Assembly (NCBI GenBank): GCA_976551045.1
Contig: CDPCPM010000169.1
Span: 3,658,001 to 3,722,000 of the forward strand
Reading direction: 5' to 3'
DNA length: 64,000 bases
DNA from: Glaucostegus cemiculus
Lineage: Eukaryota
This document shows positions 26,201 to 40,789 of this stretch, one piece after another; the first letter of the stretch is position 1, and the number at the start of each line of letters is the position of its first letter. A program made the translations under genes and the position numbers. Below the pieces are notes generated by a model that saw only the letters and a list, made by a program, of their open reading frames with translations, did not search any database and was not told the DNA's origin.

Positions 26201-28761
26201 TGCATCCATGATATTTTTCCATATATTCCAATTTTTGTACAGTATAGTGCAGACAACTGAAACCTCCAACTTTCTTAAAGTTGTCGCATTCTACAAAGTG
26301 TAACCGTGTGGCCACTACACAGAATTCCAAACAAGAAGCAACTTTATAACTTCACAAGGAAACAAGTTGGTACCATTCACAAATCAAATGGGTACTTCCA
26401 TTTACGTAGCTTATGTCATATCCCAATGTGCCTCATAATCAAAGTGTAGTCATTACTGTAATACTGGGAGTGCCGCAGCATCTACAAACTGCAATGTGAT
26501 GAAGACCAGATAATTGCCTTTAGTGCTGTTAGGTGAAGAATAAGGATTGACCTGGGTAATGAGGACACTGCTTTTCTTTGGAATGCTATCAGATTTTTCA
26601 AGTTCACTTAAGAAAGCAAATAGACCATAGTTTACTGTCTTATCCAAAAGATGACATTTCTTCAGTACTGCACTGGAGTGTGAATCTGAATATACAACTT
26701 CCTGACTCTGAGGCAAGAGTGTCATTAGTGAAGCCACAGAGTCAATAGAGAGAGAAAGAGACTTCAAACATAGTTCCAAATCTGAGTCCAAGAATTCAAA
26801 GAGAAGTGCAGAACTACATTAGCACTCTGAGTTGCAGTTTCATTTGATGACCTTTTCCAGAAGAGCAGTCCTTCAGTTAACATCATTTTCAATAACTCCA
26901 CGAACCCATTAACCTGAGAACTTAGCAGCTATACGCTAACCTTTGAATCTGGTATTATTTGAAGATGTGGCATTTTGAAGTATTGCTGCCCATCTGATTG
27001 GTAACAATTGTTTAGCTTCTCAACCAAGATGGTTGGAAGCCGAAATATTTGCTGTACACAGGGCAGCTGTTTCTTTAACTATCTCAAATAAACAAATAAA
27101 CTTTCCAGGCCTCCAGAGCAATACATTGGTCATCTGTTATGCCAAGTTGCAGTTTTGACAAACACCCGGAAAATCAGCCATTACCAAAAAAAATTACTAC
27201 TGTGAATTCTATTAACATATTCAAAACCACAGCATCAGTTCAATTTTTCTCGACAGTTTACCATCTTTTTGAATCCAAGTGAATAGTTGGGCCAAAGTGG
27301 TTTGGTGGACACGTTATTACTCTGACACAACCATGAACTGCAGAACATTTCCCATGACACAGCTCATCCTGGTTCTCCACAACTGGCATCCTACCATTTA
27401 TTTCTTGTCCTCCTCTGCTAAAATACATTGGTCCATATATTTACTCAAAGCCAGGAAGTCAGCGAGTGGTAGAAGGAGAATTTATGGCTGGAAACACACA
27501 TTGCATCCTGCTTAACGGCAGGACATCTTTAAAATTGTTTCAACAGATTTCCCATACAATATCCAAATTGTTTGACTGTCTGTGAATCGAGCTTGAAAGC
27601 AGCAGGAGAGTGGATAGGTGGATGCCAAGCAAGTCCATTAGCAAGAGGGGAGGTGAGGTATTCTGACATTCCTGTGGGAGGGGAGGAGGTTGAAGGAATT
27701 CAGACTTGTGGGTATAGGGGACTAATCAGACATTATGGGGTGGTTGGCTGATCACAAGGTTTCAGTTGTGTGATGATAATCTTGACAGGTCTGTGGGAAA
27801 CACTACTGTTCTTGCAATAAATACATACCTGATGAATTCAGCCCCTCTCACTTCCTTTACCTTCTGGGATCCCAAGGGCTGTGGACGAGTTGCATCAGCA
27901 GTGTATTTCTGGCAGAATCAGGCAATTTAGCCAAGGATAGCCCCTTCTGTGTTCAGGTTACACAGATGCTACAAGGACTTCTTTGAGTTGTGCACCTAAT
28001 GGCTGCACTTGTTCAAGAATACCCAGGGACATATTTGCCAACTTCAGTACAGCAGTTTGCAGATGCACTCCACCCCCTTGGCCATTAAAGCTGACAAGCT
28101 TTCTGACTCTGCTTCTTTCCAGGCTGCTAAATGTAGGATCACTATAATATTAACCAGTGTGTATATCCTGCAAGTGACAGATGCTCTCCATCATCCAGCA
28201 ACTGAAATCCCTCACTTTAGCTTCACTTTAAGCAGGGAGTCAGCCACATCCCTGAAATCCCCAAGCCATATGCTCCCTCAGTACTTCACACCAGGCAGTG
28301 AAAGCACCACTAATCAGCCTCTAAATATCAAGCTTATTTCGCACGCAGACCAGCAAATACTTTCACCCTTTGCTACAAGGGACATGACAGTACAGATTCT
28401 GATGAATCTCTTTATTGATTAAGCAAATGCAATGGCAGCACCTCAGCTTTACCTTCTTCTACATCTCCTTCCAGAAGGTTTGAAACTGATTTTGCCAGGA
28501 TTCCTCATTTGGGTAAAGAAGTCTAAACGTGCTGAATGGTGGTCTACTTACTGCAACTTTCATACATTGCAAATTGATGTCCAGTATATTATAAAGTAAA
28601 CAATTATTCTGTTCCAATCCAAGACTTTACAAGGTTGGAAGATTGTATGTGTATGTATAAAGCAGTCAATTATGGAAAATAGTATTAGGAGAGGTGAAGC
28701 TGGAGGAGATAAGGAGTTGTGGTAAGTGTTTGTAGTTTGTGCATGGCATTTGAGTTGTATT

Positions 28762-29250
28762 AAGTTAAGATTCAAGATTTGCTTTATTGTCATTTCTCTG
28801 AGTATTTACATACACAAAAAAACAAAATACTGTTTCTCACCAGGTCATATCAGCACAACAAAAAAGAACAGTGATAAATATCTAAATAGTCTATAAAAAC
28901 ATCTCTGAAACAAAACTAAAAACATATCAACACCACATATTAATATCTGTTAAAGTGCATTTATGTATTAATAAGTGCTTATTCAGTTCAAGATGAAGTT
29001 CAACTTATCAGGTAACTAACTATCAAACTGTTTCTGTGTTGATGTGAGTATGTACATGTGTGTGGAGAGAGAGCTCGTCGGTGGAAGTGGAAGGGGACAC
29101 AGTCCATTTATGATCCTGACTGCTTGTGGGGAAAAAGCTGTTCAGCATCCTACTAGATCTAGAGCAGATGCTCCTATACCTCTTCCCCAATGGCAGGAGG
29201 GAAAACAGGTCGTGAGAAGGGTGATACAGTTAGAAGCTGTACCTAGACTG
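28762..29250 (-). mobile_element. Rex1/Babar-type LINE 3' end
   Basis: Minus strand gives LFSLLPLGKRYRSICSRSSRMLNSFFPTSS then gacaataaagcaaatcttgaatcttaa tail. Confidence 0.7.
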
Positions 29251-30644
29251 TAGTACCCAGGGTAAGTGTCACTTTAAGGAAGTACAAAACACAATGCTCT
29301 CCCACTGTAGGCAGGAAAGGGAGGGACAGCTTGAAGGTTCTTCATTTCTTTATGAACTGTTGATCAGTCCTGGCTGTGAGAGAACAGGATATCACTGCTT
29401 GTAAGAACACCTGGAATATAGTACCACTAACTTTGTTGAACCCCTTAATGTAGAAAAATCAAGGTGTGTGAATCAACTGTATTGCATCCATTTGCAAAGC
29501 TTCAGTGTTTTATCTGCCTGCTACCTTGGCTTAGTGCCTCGTGGAATGGTGATACTCAAAGATGTAGCTGCCAAGCAAGTTCTGGGAGTGGGTAGGTTGG
29601 GGATGGTGAGGAGCACTGGGCGAGTTCAGAAACTGAGACTTGCGCATTTACTACACTTCTTACACCAATGCTGATCTTTTTTTTAATTTCCTTATTCCAA
29701 GAAACATGTGTGTTACTCCCTCTGCTGGTGAACTGTGAATATCTCCAATTTACCTACAAAAAGGACAGAATTAACATCAAACTTTAACACCAAAATATAC
29801 CTTTTAAAAAGCAAAATAATTATTAGTATCTGGACTTCCTTTTTAGAACACATTGTATGCTGCCTTTGGTTGGGAGGACAAATAAACAGAGCTGAACTTC
29901 CCTGCTTCACTCTATTTACAATTCTTCATCCAGAAAGCAAGTGACATCACCCTACTTCACAATGAAGAGTCGAACCCTACCCTAACACCCACATGTTAAA
30001 CTCCTCAAAGGGAGCCACTGAGTGGGACTGTAGCAGGTTGAATGCAAACCTGACCTGTAGCAGTCTTTTTGGGTGTGCCAAATTCAGTACTGACAGCAAA
30101 TGACAAATCCTCAAAATATTTACAGTTTCTGGCATTTTCTGATGACTGGTCTACATGCCAAACCAGTTAATATCCTAATGACTAACTTCTGCTAGGAAGA
30201 AAATCTGGCCATGTAAACAAAAACAGCTGACAAGTTGGAAAGTGCTTCATTTAATTATTACTTCTCAACCTTTTTACAAATTGTCCAACATTACCAAAAT
30301 CATCCTACACTTTCACTGGGTTGAAAACAAGAACCACAGCAACACTGGTAGCTCTATATAGTCACATTCAGGGTAGTGGAAGTGAGGGAGAGTGGGCCTA
30401 AGCTGCTAAATTCCATGCCACTGTGCCATCTCAAGTTGCATATGTGGGGGTCACTAACATGATTCAAAGAATGCATCTGTGAGCACATGTGCATCCCTTG
30501 TCCTGAACACCAAAATAACTTCAAAACATGGCACAGAAATTCAGGCAAGGCACTACAGAAATGGAGCACAACCTTTCTCATCAGGTCTGTTCTGAACCCT
30601 TGATTGGCTCAGGACCTCTTCTCATACACTTAATGAGGTATGTA

Positions 30645-30835
30645 TATGTTTGGTTGGTAGGGTAATTATCACTGTAGATTGCCCCTAGTGTAGGTGGGTA
30701 CTAGGAGAATCAGGGCAGTGCTAATGGGTAATTGGGAGAGTAGATAATAGGGAAATACATAAGGAATCCAATTGATGGGAATGCTCTGAGTGCTGGCATA
30801 GTCTTGGTGGGCCAAGTGACCTCCTTCTATATCAT
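30645..30835 (+). mobile_element. V-SINE 3' fragment
   Basis: ggtaattatcactgtagattgcccctagtgtaggtggg...ggtgggccaagtgacctccttct resembles the other SINE copies. Confidence 0.55.
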
Positions 30836-31519
30836 TAAGAAATATGAGACAAAATATTCTCTTACAACTAAGTTGATTACACTGGATTTATCTGTAGACA
30901 TTGTGGCAGTGGATGTAAACTACAGCTGCCACCACATCATCAAAATTTAATTTTGAAAACACATACCAAGTAATGCAATCTCTGCATATGGAAAGTTTTT
31001 TTCAGAATGGTCCAAAAACTCAGATATGTAATTTGTCTTACCCAAGTATGGGGACCTTTTCTACAGCTGCCTTTAGGCACTCTTTCAAATAACTTAGAAT
31101 ATTCACCAATGCTTCTATGGATTATTTTTACTTATAGTTTCTGAACAGAGTTTTACATTTCATGACACTCCCTGTCAATGGCATACTCTAAAGATTCCCT
31201 CCTAAGAGACCCAAATTTATGAATCTTACAAAGCAGTATCAAGTTTCAATTTCAGATTTGGATTTTCTTCTTTCAGCAATTGGACTGGTGGGTGCTCCAG
31301 AGTGAAGTGGTACAGGGGAAAACATGAAAGTGGAATGCAAGCAGTATGGCAGTCTCAATTTACTGTCCCTACCATAATCCTTTGTAATACTACAAAAGTG
31401 CCATTAATCAGTCAATCAAACAAAAACTGGATATTTTTGTTTTGCCCTTCTATGCTACCACAATGAACATGCAGAGCAGCCAAACTTCTGAATCTTACAA
31501 GCCAACTAAACCTCCTCCC

Positions 31520-32500
31520 ACTTTGCTTACTTTAAGAACTCAACTCCATTTTCCGCTTTCTCCGTTGTACCTATTCTGTCAATGACAGTGCCTTTGAGAT
31601 GTCTTCCCTTATCCTTACCTGCGGCTTTCCTCTCCACCATAGTTTATCAGGCTCTCAAATACTTCTATTCCATTTCTAACATTTCCGTTCTCAACTCTTC
31701 TCCTTCTGTCTAGAACAAAGATAGTGTCTTCGTTGTCCTCACCTTGCACCCACCAGCCTCCATATTCAACACATTTTCCTCTGTAACTTATGCCATCTTC
31801 AACAGGACACCACCACCATCAGAGAAAGAGCTTCCTCTCCCTTCCCAGTTTTCTGAAGGGACCATTCCCTCTCCATTACTGTGGCTCACTCTTCAATCTT
31901 CACCAATACCCACCCACCTCATATCACCTTCCCATGAAGCCTCAGGAGATGCAATACTTGCCCCCTTCTCTCTTCTCTTCCCATCATCCAGGGACCCAAA
32001 ATTCTTCTCAATGCAAAAGTGATTCAACTGTACTTTTTCCAGTTTAGTGCTGCATTCAATGCTCACGATGTGGCCTCTACAATGGAAGAACCAAATGCAG
32101 ATTGGGTATCCATTCTGTACAACACCTGTGTTTAGTCTGCAAGGACAAACTGAACATCCAGTTGCCTGTCACTTCAATTCTCTGTACCACATCTGCTCTG
32201 ATCTCTCTGGTTTTGGCCTCTTATATGTTCCAATGAAGCTTGAGGACTCAACATTAAATTCAACTGTTTCAGATAACTAGCCTTTCAACAACCACTACCA
32301 CTTGTGTCAAGTCAACCTATCATGCACATTGCTTTGTACTCCTTACCCCTCACTCCCACCTCTGCTTGTTAAAACATCTTTGATTTTTAACTTTTCCTAG
32401 TTCTTAAAAAAGGTCACCAACCTGAACTGTTGCCTCCATTTCTCTTTTGCCAGATGCTGCTTGACCTGCTGAGTGTTTCCAGCATTTTCTATTTTTATTT
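31520..32500 (+). mobile_element. Penelope-like element relic (GIY-YIG region and 3' end)
   Basis: Remnants of FTC..SNLVYCI.CSRCGL.YIGETK and PVACHFNS; terminal gatgctgcttgacctgctgagtgtttccagcattttct. Confidence 0.75.
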
Positions 32501-35500
32501 TCAATAAAACCATATTTAACATTAGTAACACAAATAGTTATTAATATGCTAAAACGATCAAAAGCCATTACAACAGAGTCTAATCAGCCAAAAATCTTAG
32601 GCAATGAAAGAGCCTCTTTTACTTTCCAAATTCAAAATCATTCACTACCAATTTCCTTATTCACAAGGGATTTGAAATACCAAGGATTTTTGAAGCATAG
32701 GTAATTTGTGATTTTTGAAATGCAGACCATTCGTAATAAAGATCTTTGTTTTAAGGAAAAGAGCACATTTCTGTAATCTTACCCAAGCGTAAATAATCCG
32801 CACCTTCAGAGAAAAATGTTACTCAGCCCTTTTGTTTATGTAAATCATATAAGTCATATAAATCACGTCTTATGCTGTCAACAGAAGAAGCACAACTGCA
32901 AACCTGCATGGCTCTAGTCTCTTCTGAAAGAAGACTCAAAAAAGAAATGAATTCAAAGGGATAGAATTTTGAGAGCTTTTCCTGACTGCCACTTAGAATG
33001 CCAGCTGTACATTGGCAGAAATCCCAAGACATCATCCGTGTTATTTCTGGTGTTCTCATGGATCTCATACTGAAACTGAGAGACAGCGAGAACCCACAAA
33101 GAAATTAATAGTGATAAAGCTCTTCAATTTTATTTCAGTATTCTGTAGCTCTCCAGTGCCAATGCTCCAAGCATGGTCTGGGAAATGCTGTTTTGCAGCT
33201 CGTCTACAGCTTAAAGATGTTTCAAGTTCACCCAATGCTGTGACACAGTAAGTGTACTGAGAGAATACATTAATGACTGCCATAACAATAATATTGCACT
33301 TCCTTGATAAGAAATGCTTTGAATATAATTGTAATTTAAGGGTAGTTTAACTTATACTGCTCAGCAAGATACTGATGGAATTGTAGTGGCTGCCTGTTTT
33401 GCCAAATACTTCTATTGACTTCATGGAGAGTAAAACCTGGCAGTACCTACAGTCCCATCAGTTTGGGAAAGGAGCTTAAAATTCCTCTTACTATTAACCT
33501 ACTAATGCACTTTGCTGTTACTTGGATAAGGTGCAACTACCCCTTGTGTTATATTTCCTTTTTTTCCCCTCATTGGTAATTACATGATTTTTACAGATAT
33601 TTAGGACTCCTCTACTTTCCACAATTGACCTATAGCTCCTGCTAGAACTGGTGTTAACATAGCATTGCGCAGGGAGATTTTACCAACAGTCTAGTGTCAA
33701 GCGACCATATCCTGCAAGTAGCCATGTTTCCGGCCTAGCTGGCAGCCTGATTCCAATTAGAATATCAAAGTCATTGTCAAGTAGTTTATTCTGTGGCCCA
33801 GAAAAACTGTTTCATTGAAACAATACCACTAGCTCAGAATTTCTTCTAATTTATTTACCTACTGTTGAAAATCTTAAGTATCTAATTTTCTACCTATATA
33901 ACTTCCAGTTACTCATACCTTAAGACCCATTATTTATAAATCCTCTTCCTGTGACCCAATGTTATCTGTAATTCCACTGAAGCAATGTTAAAACTAGAAC
34001 ACCAGTGATGAAGCTCTTTCCCATGACTGCATATTTCTCCTCAGGAACAGCTGAACAATATGAAAGAGGGGGAGGGATAGGGGCAACATTGGGAAGGAGA
34101 AGGGATTAAGAAGGACCTGGGTGATGGATTGGCTGGGCTGGTAACTTTTATAATTAGAAAATTTACTGTGGTGTTTCAGAACAAATATTAGATACTCATT
34201 ATTGATATTTATATCTCTTTACATGTCAAAATATTATCTGTGACATTTGTGCATAATTAGTTGAAATGTGTGAAATTCTGCTCGTTACAATGGTTTGTTA
34301 CACAATATTAAATGTGTCCCACTGTATGTAATAGGACATATCACATATCCTTTATGGTATTACTTACAAGCATGCCTCCACTTTAATAGTATATAGATCC
34401 TGCATGTAAAATCCACTTATCATTATTCTTCATTCTAAACCCACTAATTACAGGCCATAAGAATATCTTAAGATATAGCAATGACCAACTTCGTGACTAA
34501 GAAAGTTTGCAAAAGAAAAACACTTTCAACAGTTTTACACTGTAGAGCAGAAAGATCCTACAAAAATTCTTCACTGTATAATAAATATAATCATGACATA
34601 TATATAGAAATATTGTATTATTCAATTAAACTTCAATAAATTTGTTGGAAAAAATTACTCCTGTTATACAATGTGACAAAATCACATTAGAACAAATCAG
34701 CAATCATAAAATATAATCAGCAATCAAATGTCATTTCCATTCTCCAGTACATTTTACTTAAAAACACAAATTAACAAAGTATGGAAGAAAAAACAATGCT
34801 TTTCCTGTCAAAAGTCTGGCATCACTGGCCTTGCTCCACTGTTTGTTATCCATCAGCAGACATTTGTCTCTCTGCATTGTGGCACTTGTATAACAGTGCA
34901 CATTTCATAAGTGTAAACCTTTGCAATATCTCGTACTACTGTTTTCTCTTGACTTCGCAAACATGTCTTTTGGGTTTACTAAGCTACATCATGTTTTTCC
35001 AGAGTTCAAAACACACCAAAAAAAAGCCTATTAATGCAAATAAAATTAAAGAGATGTCCATATCAGAGTGTTGTAAACCAGCAGGGTCCAAAGACGAGGA
35101 ATATGAGCTGTTATTAAGCAAGGTGCAGGCTATATAAAAGGTTTAGGAGAAAAGCTACTAAGTAAGGCCATTGTCTCATCCTTTACAGTATTTTCAAAGT
35201 CCCAATTTTTGCATTATCTGAAAAGGGTTTCCAAGATTTACAACCAGGAATGCAATCAATGTGATCAAGAATCTGTGCAGTGTTGGTTATCATTTTTGTC
35301 TTCACATGGTATTTATATACATGCATTTTAACTTGTAAACAGTAAGATATTTAGTTTTATAAATAAAAATGCATTTAAAATTAAATGTTCCTTATCTTTG
35401 CTACTCTGTGGTCAAAATAGAATATACAATGGTGGTCAGTGGAAACTAAATATATTCACATGTTGCTTTGCCCTTTATGGGTTCGAAGATTAACTTCACT

Positions 35501-36106
35501 CACAGGTTAAAATTAGATCCACATTCACAGTCAGTCTCTGCATTTGTCCAGATCAACCCATCTGCTGAAGCATGACATCCCACAACAGTTACTTAAGACC
35601 ACTGTTTTCAGTTTATAGAATCAGGTAGCTCACTTTGTAATTTGCAAATGTTTTGCATTTATATATAAAGGTCTGTTTGAAAAAGATGTAAATTTGATAT
35701 AATAAGTGGAAACATTTACTGTCAAACAAAATTTGCACTTTACTGGATTATCCAAAGCATAGTCTGCAAGTGCATGTTCATGGAAAATTAGAGCTTTATA
35801 AAGGTAAAATATTGTAATTATTATAAAAAAACATTTTCTCAAAGAGTAAGGATAGCAAAAAGTAAAATTAATTTCAATACTTACATTACAATAAGCATAA
35901 GATGTAAATGTCTCTTACATAAATCCTGGTTATTGTGTCCTTTCCATTATTTAAAAGTGTACACTTACAACGTGCTTTTAAATAAACAAAAATGCCTCCT
36001 CAACCATGGTGGTTACAAATTGTATCTATTAATCCACTTACTTTGACCTTCAACAAAACCACTTTTATGAAAGGCCATTATTACCATTAAAATAATATCC
36101 ACTTAC

Positions 36107-38995
36107 CTCTGCTTTTTGTGTCCTGGGCAAAGCTGAAGATTTCTCAACTGCGTAGACATCCACAAGATAAAGATTTGGTCCTCGCTCTCGATCCAACACA
36201 GCAGCTGTTTGGATGATACCACTTTGTTGTCCAATTGTGAAAAGGCGTCCGACAGATTTTCCACCGCAATGGACTGAAACTATGTAGTACTCCAGTAGTG
36301 CTGAAGAACCTCTTGGACTGGCTGCCTTTAAGGAGATCACACTGGTACCCACAGGCTCTCCTTCTCGTAAAACAGTGATATATTTTGGCTGGGTAAAAAC
36401 AGGTCCATCCGTCCCCTGAAGAATAACAGTCATATCTGTGCTGGTTGATCTTCTCTCCCGCCCAAAGTCTACGGCCGACACAACAAGTTGATAGGTGAGT
36501 CTAGAAGGAACTAAAGGTGCTATTACTCTAATATCTCCACTATATCGATCCATCATAAATGTGTCACTGTCTCCACTAACTAGTTCATACTCAACTTCTC
36601 CATTTGTTCCTTCATCCAGGTCAATAGCCCTGATGGTTGTGAGAATAGAGCCCATCACAAGAGTACTGTCTGCAATCAGAGCATTCTGAGATATAAACAC
36701 TGGAGCATTATCATTCTGATCCGTAACTAAGATGGTTATATTCTTTAAAGCAAAACGCCTGAAATCAAGTGGAACTGCCTGATCAATGGCTTTAATAGTA
36801 AGTTCAAAGAGATTGGAAAATTCACGGTCAATTTCCGCATTTGTCCGCAGTATTCCATCTGAAGCACCGATCACAAAATGGTTTCCTCTTGGTATTTGCT
36901 GGGCTATACAATAACGTAATTCTCCATTAATATCAGCATCAGGGTCATGGGCAGCTACAGTCAGTACAGATGTACCAATAGGAATGTTTTCTACAATAGA
37001 TTTAAAAATATCTCCAGGGGGAAAACTAGGTGCATTATCATTGAAGTCTCTAACATGAATCACTACTGACATTGTTGAAGATCTTGGGGGTCTTCCTTTA
37101 TCTTTTGCTGTTATGTTCAAATGGTAAACAGACTGGGTTTCAAAGTCCATTTTTTTTGCAAGGAAAATGCTACCTGTATTATGACTAATGCTAAATGTTC
37201 CATGATTGTTACTTCCTGTAATACTGTAATGAATCTCAGCATTGTCCCCAGAATCTGAGTCAGTGGCAGTTGCAGATTCTACAAGCTCTCCAACTCTCAT
37301 ATTTTCCAATGCATCAATGTGCATCACAGCTTTTGGAAATGAAGGAGTGTTGTCATTTTCATCCAGCACACTGATAATTAAGGTGCATGTGGAACTCAAA
37401 GGTTCACTTCCCAAGTCGACTGCAAGAAGAGTTAAAGAATAGGAAACTGTAGCTTCATGGTCCAGTTTTCCTATCAAAGTCACCTGTCCCGTGGTACTTT
37501 GAATCATAAATTGATCTTCTTCATTTCCTTCAATGATATAGTAATGTACCAAAGCATTATTTCCCTCATCAACATCTGAAGCACTCACACGGAGTACTTG
37601 TGTCAAGTTTCCTGCTGATTCTGATATTGTAGCCAGATATAGGTCCTTAGTGAACCTAGGTGCATTATCATTTGTATCTGTGATGTATACTTGTACAGTA
37701 GCGTGATCCTGGAGAATTTTTAGCAATCCTTGGTCTGATGCAGTTACTTTAAAGCTAAACACTGCAGCTCCTCTTTGCCTCATTAAAGCCTCCCTGTCAA
37801 ACTGGTGCCTACTGGTTAATTCTCCAGTGACTTCATTCAGCTCAAAATCAAGCTGGGCTGTTTCAAATGTATACTTCACTTCACCGTTAAATCCAAAATC
37901 TTTGTCTACAGCATTGATGTATCCAACAGTTGAACCAGCTTTCTGCTCTTCTTCAAAATGAAATACATAATTTGTGCTGTTAAATAAAGGTCGGTTATCA
38001 TTTACATCTTCCAGTATTATGGTCACATTCACAGTTGCACTCAGAGGCTCCACTGCCCTGTCTGCAGCAACAACCATCAAGACGTAATGGCTTTGAGTTT
38101 CACGGTCCAATTCAGCTTTAATGTATAATTGCCCATCAGGAAAAATACCAAATCTTTTCTCCTTGTTTCCTTCTATAATGTCATAGGTGATCTCTCCATT
38201 CACTCCTGAATCTTTGTCAGACGCCTGGACTTTGAAGAACCTAGAATTCACAGGTTCAGCTTCTGAAATAGTGATTTCATATGAAAGCTGGTCAAATACA
38301 GGTGGGTTATCATTCACATCATGCACATAGATAGTCAAAATTAAGCTGGATGAACGCTGGGGAACACCCATATCAGAAGCTACTGCCTCCACCTGGTATG
38401 AACCTGCATTTATGTCAAGAGGTCCATTTAAAGTTATTATTCCAGTTTTCTCATCGATGTGGAAGAGACCTTTTGGATTCTGCCGCAAGGTGTATGAAAC
38501 CATGCCATTGATGCCTTCATCAGGATCCTTAACTTTAGCTTGAAAAATTGTGTGCCCCAAACCCCAATTTTCAACTGCATTAATACTTTCAACCACATGA
38601 GGGAAATGTGGAGAATTATCATTCAGATCCTTGACCGTGATATTAACTAAAGTTTCTCCAGTTACCGTACCACCACTTGCCACAACTTTTAACTGATAAA
38701 ATGCCATTTCTTCTCTGTCTATCGTACTAGCTGTATTAATTTGACCCGTTGATCCACCAATGGTAAACATGCCCCTCTGATCTCCTGAAGTGATGAGGTA
38801 AGTGATGTTGGTATTAAGATCAAGTGTAGAAGCAGATACCGTGCCGACAAGGGAACCAATAGCAATATTTTCAAAAATAACAAAACTGTAGCTGCTCTGG
38901 CTGAATGATGGAGGTGTATCCTGTGTGTCAATAACCGTGATGGTTACTATAGCTAGTGTCTGCGAGCGGAGATTTCCACCATCTGTAGCAACTAC
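36107..38995 (-). CDS. FAT4: Protocadherin Fat 4, second coding exon (rest of EC7 to about EC16), 963 codons
   Basis: Within ORF 36065-39001. It begins VVATDGGNL after a pyrimidine-rich acceptor (ctaatgtttttccatgtgatttttgattgcag|), continuing FAT4 in frame from AYQLQ. It ends PRTQKAE at a consensus donor GAG|GTAAGT (GT at 36106-36105), the same point where the human giant exon ends; 2889 nt. Confidence 0.96.
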
Positions 38996-40789
38996 CTGCA
39001 ATCAAAAATCACATGGAAAAACATTAGATCATGATTTGAAGGAAAAAGCCTTTAGTGTTTTGTTACCAAAAGAATAAAGGATAATATGAAAGCATCTTAG
39101 GAGGGATGGTTTTGCAGGAAGAATAAAACACAAAACACTATTTGAGATAATTTAATTTTCTTATTTGATTAGAAGAATAAATAAATATATGAAGTAAAGC
39201 TGAACACTTAATGATTCAGGACTTCCTGAATACCCCATATGCACAGAACTAAGCTTGCTTAAAACAAAAAAAGGGGTGGTCCTCTCAAGCAACACCCCAC
39301 CTAGCCCCCCCCCCCACTACTCCCATCCCATTCCCATTAAGGTCAACACACAAATGGTCCTGAAACAATTTCTATTTCACGCACTAAGTATTGGAATCTC
39401 TAGTGAGGTATGGTACAGCCAAATGTAGAGAAAAGATGTCTTTACTTTGCCTCCCAACACTGTGTTTCAGAAAGTTAATTCCCACGACACCAATTTTTCA
39501 ATCTTCACACTAATCAGAGCTTGTCTAAATGACATTACTAGGAAGTTCCAAATTAGAAACAATTTTATGCCTTAGGTTCATGTATATTAGGCATTTCATG
39601 CAACCCTTACAACTAGCAGACAGAGAAGATTTCCATCCTATTAATTACAGGAAAGGCAGCACAAAGCTTTCTATCTGCACTTAATGATTTCTATCAATCT
39701 TATTCACATTTAGTTACAGTACACTTTGCCAGATGGCCAGAGAATACCTCAGTTCTCCTGGTCTTGGTCTTGTTACTGTAAAGGTGTTAGGAATGTCATC
39801 AATCTGATTTTAATCTGAGCTCAGGTATCAATGGTCTAATCCACTGAGCTTTCCAAGGGTTATTTGTTTAATTGATGAACAGTCTCCATTTATAAATGTG
39901 ATTTTTTTTTTCTCCTCTCCCTTACTTGAGTTTCTCTTTGTGGAAAAAAAAATCTCAAGAAATAATCTATAAACAGATTTCCATCTATTCATTAATTTTG
40001 TTTAATATAAAATTAGTTTTTCCTCCATGACTTTTCTGTGTTTGATTTGTTGTTGGAGAATCCTGCTTCAAACCTCCCACAGTGTTTTCCCGAAACCATG
40101 AGAAGCAATGTAAAAGGACTGAAGAGTATTTTATCCAAATGAGAAGTATCACGTCTTTTTTTGTCACTTTACTATGGTAACAACAACAACTTATATTTTT
40201 ACAATATTTTCAATAAAATTGTCATGCACTCCTTCACAAAATCATTATATAGCAAAATTGGCACAGGTCCAAAGGAAGAGATGCTAGCCCAGGTAAATAA
40301 TGGGTCAGTTAAAGAGGTACATAAAGGTGTACTTTAAATTTCATCTTAAGGGGGGGGGGGGGAGTGGGTTAAGATGGAGGTAGCTGAATTATAGAAGTTG
40401 GAAGACAAGAGCACAGCAAGGACAGCAGTGGAATAGTTGATATGGCCTAAAGCTCAAAGATGTAATTCTAACTAACCTGAGTGGGATTCACAAGCAGTAA
40501 AACAAAACACTCTTTTCCCCATACCATATCTCCTGTAATTGTACCAATGTCTTTTGTTTTTTATGTGTATTTCATACTGTTGTCAAACACCACTGTATTT
40601 TATGTTGCGCAAATCGGCATAAAATTTGGAACTCTAGAATATGAAAATATTTATATTATAACTATATTTGCCAAAACTATATTTTAAATAAAAGGAGAGC
40701 AAAGAAGTACATGGCAGAAGAGTGGAGGGGAGAAAAATATATACTCAGTGATGTTCATATAAAGTATCTGAAAACCTAAAAAATTCAAA

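Larger units (their letters stand above)
1..36106 (-). other. FAT4: Large FAT4 intron, continuing beyond the window
   Basis: Starts at the GTAAGT donor. The expected next exon (VEITLQDINDNPP-like) was not recognised in the window, though a short exon could have been missed by eye. Confidence 0.7.

Noticed and set aside
36065-36106. Read-through of the exon ORFs to intronic stops (also 47122-47184) as secreted short FAT4 isoforms
   Set aside because: Good donor sites sit exactly where homology ends; nothing in the sequence supports intron retention.
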